Origin: the human T2T-CHM13v2.0 reference genome, Homo sapiens
Assembly: GCF_009914755.1 (NCBI RefSeq)
Contig: NC_060931.1
Length of the DNA stretch: 64,000 bases
Strand: one strand, 5' to 3'
Shown piece after piece: positions 40,231-51,670 of this stretch (its first letter is position 1; every line of letters begins with the position of its first letter). Below the pieces are notes generated by a model, which was given only the letters and a program-made list of their open reading frames with translations, did not search any database and was not told the origin of the DNA. The position numbers and the translations under genes were made by a program.

Positions 40231-40464
40231 TCCTAAGGAAAAGATCTGGTGAGGCAGAAGACTCTGGAGTCATTTTATCTGCTTTACATAATGTGTCCTC
40301 ATGCCTCAGGTAGCTGTAGAATCCTTTGATGCCATAGTCATGAGGAGAGGAAGGCCCAGTCCAGTTATGGTGCCTGGCAGCCATGCCGGTGTAGGGCCAG
40401 GGCTTCTGCTTGGCCTGGCACCCCGCTTCTCAGTTGATGTCTTCCCCACCCACTTCATGCCTTG

Positions 40465-40570
40465 GGTTTGTCTTCTGTCAGTATCCTCAGCACCCAGAAC
40501 AGAGCCGGGCACAAAGCTGCATCTCAATTAATATCTGCTGAATGAGTGATTGATTGAAAGAATGAATGGC
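40465..40570 (+). mobile_element. L2 3' terminus
   Basis: gtatcctcagcacccagaacagagccgggcaca...ctcaattaatatctgctgaatgagtga. Confidence 0.75.
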
Positions 40571-41139
40571 AGAAAACAGAGAAACAGTGAAGGGAAAAAA
40601 ATTATGACCCCACAGTCAACTGTAACTGCTGCCTACTCTTCAGTATCTCAATCCACAACACCTTCTCTCCTTTTTGTAGCTTTCCTGGGTCCCCAACCAG
40701 GCTTCCCTCCATGCACACACCTTGCCCGTCACATCCCTTTGTTCTCCCCCACTCCATCTCCCACCCTTCCATGATTGCATGGATTTTTCTTTATCTCTTT
40801 TCTCTTAGAAAGCCTACAAAGAGAAGGGAAGGGTAATGGAGCCCGCTGGTCATGGGTAACTCCACTGGGTAAGTGTGGTGCCCTTACATCACCGAGCCTG
40901 GGTCACGGCAATGGAAGGCCCTCCTTAACACCAAAGGAACAGAGGAGCTGAGTGGCATCAGAGGGTGCACATCTGATGTGAGCCTGGAAGTGAAGGGTAG
41001 AGCCTACTCACAAGAGCATTTAGGAAAGTTAAAATTAAAAGAAAAAAAAAAGCCATAGAGAGAAACGGTATTATTGTAGAGTCCACTATGACTACCCAAT
41101 GAGGTAAGGGGCGTGAATGGCATTTCTGTAACATAAACC

Positions 41140-41304
41140 AGGGCTTCTCAAACTGCAATGTGCACAGGAATCACCTGGGGTTCTTGTTTCAATTTGCATT
41201 CTGTTTTGGTGGGTCTGGGGAAGGGCCTGAGATGTTGCATTTTCTAATAAGTTCCCAGGGGATGCTGATGCTTCTGGTTGGGAAACCCACTTTGGGTAGC
41301 AAGG
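41140..41304. mobile_element. MER5A hAT element
   Basis: cagggcttctcaaact...gaatcacctgggg...gcattttctaataagttcccagggga...ccactttgggtagc. Confidence 0.85.
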
Positions 41305-41729
41305 GTTTAGTGGAGAAAGCACTAAAAAAGCTTCTGCTCATGTTTTATCTCATCTTTTAAAAGATGTGAATGGGTCACCCTGACAATAATGGAAGGACTC
41401 TGAACATCCCAGGGTTCAAAGGGGTCCTCTGGTCCCACATTCCCTCCTTTCACCTTCCACCCTCTGCCTGGACTCTCCCAGGCACAGGGCAGCCTCCTCC
41501 AGGAAGCCCAAACTGAAGGGGGTTGGAAATCCAAAGAGCTCAATTTCAAACCTCTCACTTGCTCCCCAGAGCTGCATCAGCTCCCACAGCATAAATGGGG
41601 GTGGCTTCTGTCCAAAGAACTCTTAAGCCACATCAAATTAAATTTCACTGGCTATTGTGCCTTCTAAACAAGGGATGCAAGAAAGTGTCTACAGGTGTTT
41701 TTGCCTCTTTCTTCCCACCCCACCCCCCA

Positions 41730-41835
41730 GCACATAAACACTAGACATTGAGCACCTGAGGAAACTGTGGGTTCTTTCTTTATTTATTCCCAAGGCTTTT
41801 GACATAGATGTTTGGTAAATGTTTGTTGAATTAGT
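41730..41835 (+). mobile_element. L2 3' terminus relic
   Basis: cactagacattgagcacctgagg...gtaaatgtttgttgaatt. Confidence 0.6.
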
Positions 41836-42064
41836 TAACAAAAAGTTTGACTTTCTTTGGCTACTTTGACAAATCGAATTAGATTCTTTTAAGGCAGCCA
41901 AATTTCTTTTGCATGGCGGCACAGGTTTTGAGAGCTTGAGTGGATTTACTTAAGGTAACTGGCAGGGAGGCAGGAAGAAGAAAAATACCAAAACTGGTTC
42001 ATGTAGCAAACTGTAATACTAATTGCTCATAGTATGAGGAGAAGAGAATTGGCTTATCCTATAT

Positions 42065-42065
<1 letters not shown>

Positions 42066-42100
<35 letters not shown>
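42066..42100. repeat. (AC)17 microsatellite
   Basis: Perfect dinucleotide run. Confidence 0.98.
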
Positions 42101-42104
<4 letters not shown>

Positions 42105-42999
42105 TTCACAATGGTAGGTATCTTAGATCTTGCCTAGACCTGAGATGACAAACACCTGCCATGAAGAAAGACCCGTCTCTCTCCGTTCCCATGCCCATGG
42201 CAGACATTACTAATCAATCACAGCACTTTCCCAGCTAAATATGGATATAATCTCAAAATCCTCAGTTTTGAATCCAACATTGGTTGTTTCTTCACCTGCC
42301 CACTGCTGAACTCCTATGTTTCTGAGCATAATTTGTCTGAGTATGTTCTTGCCAGGTTATCACCTGCTTGTAGTTCTCTTGTAAAACTGCATACCTGTGT
42401 TTTCTTTGCTGCCCATAAATCATAGCTCAGCTAGAATTGAATTACGTTAAGGGAAAAAGAGGTGAGATGAACAGTACACTCCATTTTACAGGGTATTATG
42501 AGAGTAGGGATTGCATCTTATACATTCATTCATTTATTGACCAGATTTTTATAAGAAACAGGCACTGGTTTGGCCTGTGTTTAATTCTACATGATAAGTC
42601 CCCTAATATGTGTGTTTGTGCTTGTATGAATAACGGAGATGGATGGATGGGTGGGAAAATATTTGATTAGTCACCTCTTATGGGGTGATGCCTAATAATC
42701 CTGAGCCAGGACAGCCCTCCCCTTTTGCCTCTTTCTCTGCCACAAGCATGTCATTTTCTGTTCCTCTTTTTCCCCATATTTATACTGAGCACACTCTACA
42801 TGCAGATTTACCTGCATGCAGTCATCAAGAGGAAAACACATTCACTTTGTCTAGAGGTTTTTCTAGGAGTGTCTTAATCTGTTCCTTCTAGGCTCCCACC
42901 CAATCAATCACAATGATTATTTCTGTCAATGGAACTCATCTTTATGGAGAGTGTTATTGTGGCCAGTAAGGTTCTGTCATCTATTTAAGTAAAATTCTG

Positions 43000-43190
43000 T
43001 CTTAAACCTTTTACATAAACTGTCTTGTTTAATCCCAAGCACAGAGAGGCCAAGCAGTTTTTCTGAGTCCATTTTACAGTTGAAGAAATAGAGGCTCAGA
43101 ACACCACGTGATTTCTTGAGATCATACAATTAATAAGTTACAGAGCCGAGATGTAAGTCCAGTCCCCTTGACTCCCAAGTCTGTGCTCTT
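43000..43190 (-). mobile_element. MIR SINE
   Basis: ccattttacagttgaagaaatagaggctcaga. Confidence 0.75.
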
Positions 43191-44269
43191 GCAAAGAGGA
43201 CTGTGGTTGGTTGGAGTCTCAGAAATGAGTTATTGGTAAGGTTGTACCAAGAAATCAGACATTCCTGCAGTTTATAATCATCTGCTTGCAGAAAGAGTCA
43301 TTTTCTCCAAAGATAGTGAGAAAGATGGTCACATGGCTCTTCCTGATGATGCCAGGAATGCAAGGCTCCTTGGCCCTCGCAATCCCCATTGTCCAACTCT
43401 CCCTTGGGTGTGGCTAAGCCTTCCAGAGGGGAAGGGCTAGGCCAGAGTTGACAGGGTGCCCTGCATCTTCCACAAAGGGGCAAGGGATTCCTTCCTTTCA
43501 GGCTTCACCCAATTAAGGATTTCTGAAGAGAGAGCAGGAGCATCATTCGGGTGACATCTTTCTCCTGGCCTGCCTGCTCCATCCCTGCCTCCAGCCCCAC
43601 AGGCAGCAGCTGCAGTGCTCCAGTCCAGCTGCCCCTGTGGACAAGTCTGGGAATGACCCAGGCACTGCATGTTAGCTCCTGGCTCTGGAACGGTCCCCAT
43701 TGCCTTGTCCGGGCCACGGCCACCCGGGCTCCCCTGCTGAATTTGCTGTGACTAGGAAAGCCCCACTTTGTGTAATGGTTTAATTATCATGTCAATGTGG
43801 ATTCATTAGCATGGCAGCTGTCATTGCAAATGGGGGAGCCAGGGGGCTCCTAGAGCCCCTGGGGTCAGGCTAATTGATGTAGTGAACAGAATACTGTATT
43901 TACTCAACAATGGTTTGAGTTTCTCTTCTGACCTGGGAAAGGGAGTGCTTGCTGGAATCAATAGCAGCTGAGTTTTCATTAGCAGCCCTGGGACAACATC
44001 TCTGGGCTTAACCCCTCCAGACCCACCCAGTCTTGGGTATCCCATTAGAAGGAGAGGCTGTAACTTCTACCTCTGCTAGGGACAGATAAGATGTGGGGGG
44101 CCCAAGTAGGGGAAAATATGTTCTTCACTCAATAGGAAGTGTATGACTAGGTTACAGTTCTCCTAATTTCCACAAGGGTCAAATTCTTTGGGTCACTCTT
44201 TCCACTGTGACCCTTCCAGCTAGTTCAAGGTATAGAACAACTTGGTGTTAATAAATATTTGTTGAATGA

Positions 44270-44950
44270 GTAATAACTCACTTTTTTATTGAACACTGTG
44301 CCAGACACTGCTCTACATCCAACTGTATCAACTCATTTAATTCTCACAACCTTCTGAGAGGTATTGTTCTGGTTATCCTTTGTGTACAACTAACCACTCT
44401 TACTGTCTGAAAGCAACAACTTATTGTTATTATGTCTCACTATTCCACGGGCTAGGAATTTGGATGAGGCTTATCTCTGCTCTATTATGTCTGAGGCCTC
44501 AGGATGACTTGAAGGACTGGAGGTTGGTATAGCTGGAGGCTGCCTGGGCCTCTCTCTCTCTCCCTAAAAACACAGCTTCTTCAAATGGCTAGCTTGGACT
44601 TCCTCAAGCATGCTGGCCTCAGGGTAGTTGTGCCTCTTCTGTGATAATTCGGGACTCCATGAGACCAAGGTGAAGCTGACAATTCTTTTAAAGGCTACCC
44701 CTGGAACCAGCACAATCACCAGCCAGGTCAGATTTAAGGAGAGTGGGAAAAGGTGACACCTCTTGAATGGAGAGGTATCAAAGAATTTGAGGCCATTTCT
44801 AATTCTCCATAAATACTATGATCATTTCCAAATACAGACGAAGAAACCAAGGCCCAGGGAGAGAGTAACTAACTTGCCCAAGGTCACACAGCTAAGTGGT
44901 ACCAGAATTTGGTCCCTGACAGTCTGGCTCTTGAGCCCTTAATTGCCACA
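44270..44950 (-). mobile_element. MIR split by an MLT1 LTR
   Basis: ctcatttaattctcacaac before 44365; acagacgaagaaaccaaggccc...aacttgcccaaggtcacacagc after 44812. Confidence 0.75.
44365..44811 (-). mobile_element. MLT1F/G/H-like solo LTR
   Basis: tgttctggttatc...ggctagcttggacttcctca...gcctcagggtagtt...caaagaatttgaggccatt. Confidence 0.7.
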
Positions 44951-45649
44951 GACCTACTCTATGACCTCGAGTAACTCACTCCTCTCCTTAGGCTTTGGCT
45001 CCTATAAAGTGAAGGGGTTGGGCCATATTCTCTCAAAAGTCCCTTTTAAGTGTCCAGAGATTCCTCAGAAAAGTCAAATCAAGAGGTGTAAGAACCGGAG
45101 TCAATGGTAAGGGGGTGTCTGGGCCTTTGGAATAAATTCAGGGGCAGTGAATGCACTGCCAGAGGCTGCTCCCCAGCCTCTATCAGGCCTTTATTTACAA
45201 CCTTGAAACGTCTCTAGAGTGGGACTCTACCCATGGACTTTTCCAGCATCTGATTAAGAGAAGGAACCAGCACTAAAGGGAACCTTTCCGCAAAGGAGAA
45301 ATTGTCTTGACAGCTTTAGGCTGCCAAAAATCCCATGCAGATCAGGCCCCTGGGGAGTGAAGTTGTCGGGGCTGGTAGTTTTGTGGATGGGACTAGGACA
45401 AGAATGGGAACACAGTCTGGCTCACACAGCACAAAGTGCCTATGTGACCTCAGGCAAGCCATTTAACCTCCCTGAGGCCCAATTTCTTCACCCGCAAATT
45501 AAAGAATTTGACTAAACGTGGGAGGAAAAATGGACTTCATCATTGGTGCCAACTTTAACTGATTGCAAGTGGCTTCCCAGAGGCCTGTGCGCAGGGTCTG
45601 CAGACTGTGCTGAAACTATGCAATGTGATAGGAAGCTCCCTGGAGATGG

Positions 45650-45860
45650 AGTTAGTGAGAGACACCTGGGTTCAAATCCCAAATCCTCTACTCAGTAATT
45701 TTGTGATCTTTGAAACTCCATTTATGGCCTTTTCATCTGCAAAGTAAAAATCATAAGGCTTTTCTTCATAGAATTGATGGGTGACTTAAATGAGATGACA
45801 TAGACAAGCCTGTCAACCCAGAGCCAGGCACGCAGTAAGGATCAACAATGTTCATTAAAT
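45650..45860 (+). mobile_element. MIR SINE
   Basis: cctgggttcaaatccc...tcatctgcaaagt...ttaaatgagatga. Confidence 0.75.
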
Positions 45861-46489
45861 CTGAAACCTACAATCCATTGGGATACACAATGCCAGGCAG
45901 AAAGGCCTTTAGGTATGTAACTAATTTCTGCTGAAGGTAGCAGAGCCCATGTTTTAATAGTCTGTGACATTTTAGAGGAACTTTAAGGTTGTAGTGAATG
46001 CTGTTGACATGATAGAATATGGAAAATATAAAATAAATACACTTTTCTCATCTGAAAAAGTGAGAATAATACCTGCCTACAAAAGATGCGTAAAAGTGGA
46101 CATTCAATGAGGTAAAATTTGTAAAACACCTAGCATATAGTGAGATCTTGGTCATCAAGGGCCTCTGTGGCAGGGAGCTGCAACCACATCACCCTTCCCT
46201 CACCTCACATCAAAGAATATAAGCTGGAGAGAAAAAAAATCCATGAATAGAATCAACATAGGAAAAACCTTAAGTTCATCTTTTACTCTTCAGCAGAAAT
46301 TGCATCTATGAGTAAGTTCTAAGAATGTAAATGTGAGGCATTCTGACCATAAATATGGCAATGTCGGGCAAGGAAAACCAGAGTCTGATGATGTTGTGGC
46401 CTCATATTTGGTTGGTGACCTCTCAAATTTAGACCATCAAATATGCAAATGGATGGGCATTCTTCATTGCACCACTACAACGCTGATTA

Positions 46490-46725
46490 TTATCCAGTAT
46501 TACATAGTGAATGCTTACAATGTGCCAGGCACCATGCAATGCATGCACTCTGGATGTGCATTGATTTCTTTAATCCTCACAGTAAACTGATGGGACAAGT
46601 CCTACTATGATCACCATTTTCCAGGAGGGCACGGAGATATTTGGAAATGTCCAACATCACACAGCTAGTAGGCAGTGGAATTGAGCCCGTCTGGCCCCAG
46701 AGCCTGTGTTCCCAACTACACTACA
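46490..46725 (-). mobile_element. MIR SINE
   Basis: gcttacaatgtgccaggcacc...tttaatcctcacag...catcacacagctagt. Confidence 0.75.
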
Positions 46726-46809
46726 TCTGAGTGACAGATTTTGTCATTTTGGCTTTTTTAGGGAAACAACACTGCATAGGAAACCTACCACTCTTATAAG
46801 CCAGGAAGG

Positions 46810-47050
46810 CCTAGGGAGTGATGGAACCAGGCAGTCCCAGGTTCCAATCCCAGCCCCAGGCCTTCCTATCCTTATGACGCTAGGCAAGAGACTGACTAAC
46901 CTTTGTGAGAATCACTCTCCTCGTCAGTAAGGTGGGGAACCCTACTAGGAGGATAATGCCTGTCTTGTTCCGTTGCTGTGAACGCTAAGTTAGACGATGT
47001 GCATAATAGGCTTAGAACCATGCCTTGCACATAGTAGGTGGTTAATTATT
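46810..47050 (+). mobile_element. MIR SINE
   Basis: ggttccaatcccagcccc...gcttagaaccatgccttgcacatagtaggtg. Confidence 0.7.
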
Positions 47051-50000
47051 GCTCATTTCCTCCTCTTTAAGACGGGATTTCATGGAATTTTCAGCCTCAC
47101 TGAGACACTTACGATAGGTCTGGGAACTAAAGAAACCTCAGAACTCCAAATCAGTAGAGACATGTCTTCCACGTGAACCTCTGTTAAATACTTTGTTATA
47201 TGGATATACTTTTGTTATATGGATATAAATACTTTCTTATTTGCATATATGTTATATGCAGTTTTTTGGTACATTTTTCAAAAATAAAAATATAGTTTTT
47301 TGACCACAAAAAGCCCCTCTCTGCTTGGGGTTTAATGTTGACATGAGAAATAAAGCTATGATGATTCAAGAATTTAAAAATTAAGATTTATACAAACAGA
47401 CCAATAATGCCCACAGATTAAAACCGAGTATTTCTTTTCCTTGTATTTTATAGGTTCATCACCTACTCTCCCCAGACTGCTTTTTCTTTTCATTAGACAA
47501 CACTTCCTGCAAATTGTTTCTAACTTTGAGTAATTTGCTGACTCTCACTGGATACACTGTCCCTTTCCCTCCACCTCTGACACCCATTTTGCATTGTAAC
47601 CAATGCAGTCTCCCCCACCACCACCACCCTACCTTCCACTGGGAATGATCTCTTTATCAATAATCCGACCCTGGAAGCCCAATGGGTGACTTTTTAGTGC
47701 CCCCGACACCAATGCAGATGGGGGTTTTGGATCCCCAGTGTAATCCCAGCCTGAAATGTTACCAGGAGCCCCACGGCTCTTCAATTACCTCTCTTGGCCT
47801 GTCAAGACCACAGCATCTCAAATTCAGTTAGCTGGTCTTTGGGTATCAGCCAAGGCCCAGCCTCTGCTCCTAATGACAGCCAGCTGAGGGGACACTGAGA
47901 GGGGCTAAATTCAATTTGCAGCCCTTCTAATGAGATTAGGGGAGCAGGGTTTTTTATTTTCTCCAAAGTTTGCCATGGGCAGGATGAATGATGGCCCAGG
48001 GATGAGCTGTCAACATCAACAAAGGCTCTGAGCTGGGAGAGGGGGATGGGAAGCAAGGATGGGCAAAAGAAGGAGAGATTTTCCAGACAGAGCCAAGGAG
48101 CCCTGAGTGAGTCGCCTAGCAGGTGACAATGTCTGGTTGGCAGAATATCACTCTGAGGACAGGATGCAAAGTCAAGAACGAATCTGCAAGAAAGGCAAGT
48201 GCCAATCATAAGCAATATTGCCAGTAGAATCTCTGTCTTTTTTTTTTAATGCTTCTGAATTATTTTCCATCCCTTTTAACTGGCTTTTGAAAAGTCATTA
48301 AGCAAACCATATTTCTTAAAATAGGCCAACTCGCAAGAATTTTTCTAATAAAAGAGCAAGATTTCCACTGCTCTTTAGCCTGGAATAGCTCAGTCCAGCA
48401 CATCTCTTGGCCAAGCAGGCCTGTGAATCTCCCACCAGGGTAGCTCCCATGAGCTGGAGTCTGGACAAGCCAGGACCTCCAATGCATGCACTGTGTTGCA
48501 GGTGGTGGTGAGGAGCTGGAAAGTATTTCACTTGATGTGGAGTAACTTTGGGGTGAGGTGTGATGTGCCGACATTTTTCATGGGTGTTCTAGTTAGCACC
48601 TGCCTGTGTTTGGCACCATAACTGGGAGTAAATACTGACTCCTCCCTGAGTAGCTTCAGGTCAGATGCAGAGATAGAGGAAATTGAGTAGGATATTCTTC
48701 TGGGTCAATGTGAGTGAGATAGATGGACATCTCTTTAGGGAATCAAGAGAGGAAGAGGTCTCTGTGATTGGGAGACACCAAGAAAACTTCGTTTTTAGGA
48801 GGTGGCCTTGAGCTGTAACTTGGACTAGGGTGGTATCTAGGAAGGCCAAGAGAAGAGACCCAGACATTTCCTTTGTGGCTAAAGACCTCAGTGCTTCCAC
48901 TTGTAAGCCCAGCTGTACTTTGGTCCAGGGTCATTCCTGGTGGGGACTACGATGGTCCTGGACCCTAGGCCTGAATCTTGTCCTCTGAGTACTGATTTGT
49001 TCACTGCGCCTTCTTAGAGCTCGTCAGAGATGGTCCATTTGCACAGCAAACCTCCTGCCCAGCTTCTGGTCCCACACTTGCATCCTCCATTGGTGTGAAA
49101 ATCCTGCACTAGAGCCAGGCTGTGGTCCTGGCATCTCGAGTTGCCTAGATATCCAAGTTCTTCTCTGAATAGCAAGAGATGGGACACACATACTTTGTCT
49201 CTTGTCCCCCCGCCCCCCCAGACACTGCCTGAAGCCTTGTTCCTAATGGACCAATAACCAGGGATCATGACATTGCTGCTCTTCCAGTATTTCCCTGTTA
49301 CATGGGAATCCACCCAAACCAAGGCTTTTACTCAGCCTCGGAGCAGGTCAGCTTGAGTTAAAACCCTTCTGGGCAACTAATATGCACCCATTAAATATTT
49401 ATTGGCTGAATTGGGTCCATGGAGGAGGAAAAACTTGATTGAGGCTTGAGCGTGGGACTTTTAGACAAGTGGCTAGAAGTGCGAAGGCATTCTCCCTAAA
49501 GGCAAAAGCTCAGAGTCAGCATCTTGTTGTTTATTGTTCAGAGGACAACAGTTTCTCTTCTTTCACTCTTGATGGCCAAGTTTAGACCGCCATTGCCCAA
49601 CAGTCTCCAGGACAGCTCATCAGGGCCCTTGGTAGTCCAGGAGGCCCTTGGTCACTCAGGAGGCCCTAGTGATAGACCCCCTAGTCTGCCTGCTCATGGG
49701 AAGATACTGCTGATTTCCATAGATCAAGAGGGTTATTCTGCTCACACCACAGTCTGACCTTGGCCATCAGCCAGATTAAGTATAGGGTCATGTCATAGCT
49801 GGAACTCTCAGAGTATATTCTCCATACAAAACACAAAACCACTTCATGGCCTGTGAAGGATCCTGTCTAATTGCTGGGCCTGCACTAAACTGAGTTATCA
49901 ATCCTATCCCCACAGGTCCCTACAGGCCCAGTGCTGTAGAAAGAGACAGTGCCAGTCAGGGCTGATTTGCTGGTGTGGCTGCTTTTATGTAGTGAATAAT

Positions 50001-50541
50001 TCCTGTGTTCTTTTTTCTTATTCCACCGACTTTGATTAAAATTCCTTGTGAAAAGATATTCTGTTCCAGGGGATTTTTGTGCCACGAAGAAATGAAGACA
50101 CCAGAAATTCAAGCCAAAGGCCTGGGGCTTCCTTGGCTCTTCTCCACTCCACCTCGAAGGGCATCTGTTTAGGTCCCAATAAGGAAGGTCTGTCCCTGGA
50201 AGATACTGTCTCACAGCACTTTGTATGAACGCAAGAGGCAGCATCTATGGTGGGAAAACACACATGATCAGCCAGTCTCACCAGTTGATTCTGCCTTAAT
50301 CAACCCCAGCCCATGTCCCCTGTTCACACCTCAGGCAACTTCTGAAGTGGAGAAATGATCTGGAGGAAGTCGAAAAAGATAAGAATGGCAAGGATACAAA
50401 ATGACCAGTGATCACTACATGATGCTTATTAATGGAAGACCAATTCCTCAGGAATCAGTTATAAAGCACATTTTTTTATCACGATGGATTTTCATGTCTA
50501 CTTTCTTATATGAGTTTACACAAGTCTGTGAAGAAGGTGAC

Positions 50542-50915
50542 TGTCTTAGCTTTACTGTAGTATAGAACTGTGCTATAACAAAAATACCAGAAACTGGCAG
50601 CTTATAAACAGCAGACATTTATTTTTCATAGTTCTGGAGGCTGGGAAGTTCAAGATCAAGGCACTAGCAGATTTGGTGTCTGGTGAAGACCCACTTCTGG
50701 TTCAAATAAGGCATCTTCTTGCTGTGCCTTCACTTGGCAGAAGAGACAAGGCAGCTCTCTGGGGCCTCTTTTTATAAAGCCACTAGTCCCATTTATGAGG
50801 GCTCCACCCTCATGACCTAATCACTTCCCAAAGGCCCCACCTCCTAATATCATCACATTGGTGATTATATATCACCCTATGAATTTCAGGGGCATACAAC
50901 ATTCAAATCACAACA
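50542..50915 (-). mobile_element. MLT1A0-like solo LTR inserted in a MIR
   Basis: TGTCTTAG...gttctggaggctgggaagttcaagatcaaggc...catgacctaatcacttcccaaaggcccc...CAACA; MIR halves on both sides (~50440 to ~51060). Confidence 0.9.
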
Positions 50916-51309
50916 GTATCCTGATTCTCATCTTAAAGATGAGGAAGCAGAGGTACTGCAAACTTAAATGAGTCACCCAAGTTCAGGCATGGGCGAGCCT
51001 AGGATGCAAGGCCAAGTCTATCTGACACCAGATACATGGCTGTATGGGCTCCACCACATTTCATCTTAGTACATAACCTATGTGCATAAGATGGACTGAA
51101 CCCCTCTTCCTTCTCCTCTGTCTTCACTCCTATGCAGATCTCCAGACCCTTCTACCCATCCTAAAATGGTGGAACTCATGACCCATCAAGAAAGGATCCT
51201 CAGGGAGTGGCTCCTTGTGGGTCAGCTTCAAAGTGTCAGGAAAAGAAACTCACTCCTGTTTAGGAGCCCCCTAAATATGCGGAATGTGGTACAAAGAGCC
51301 CCAGGCTGG

Positions 51310-51670
51310 TGATGCCGTTTGGCTGTGTCTCCACCCAAATCTCATCTTGAATTGTAGCTCCCATGATTCCCACATGTTGTGGGAAAGACCCTGTGGGAGA
51401 TATTTCAATCATGGGGGTGATTTCCCCCATATTTGTCTCATGGTAGTGAATAAGTCTCATGATATCTGATGGTTTTATAAGGGGAAACCCCTTTCACTTG
51501 GTTCTCGCTCTCTCTTTGCCTGCTGCCATGTAAGAAGTGCCTTTCGCCTTCAGCCATGATTGTGAGTCCTCCCCAACCACGTGGAACTGTGAGTCCATTA
51601 AACCCCTCTCCTTTATAAATTACCCAGTCTCGGTATGTCTTTATCAGCAGCATGAAAACAGACTAATACA
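51310..51670 (+). mobile_element. THE1 (THE1C-like) solo LTR
   Basis: TGATGCCGTTTGGCTGTGTC...CAGACTAATACA; perfect 5-bp TSD GCTGG at 51305 and 51671. Confidence 0.95.

Noticed and set aside
48112-48130. CTCF-like site (also near 32068 and 63328)
   Set aside because: Each has two or more core mismatches or a spacing error; not supportable without a matrix scan or ChIP data.
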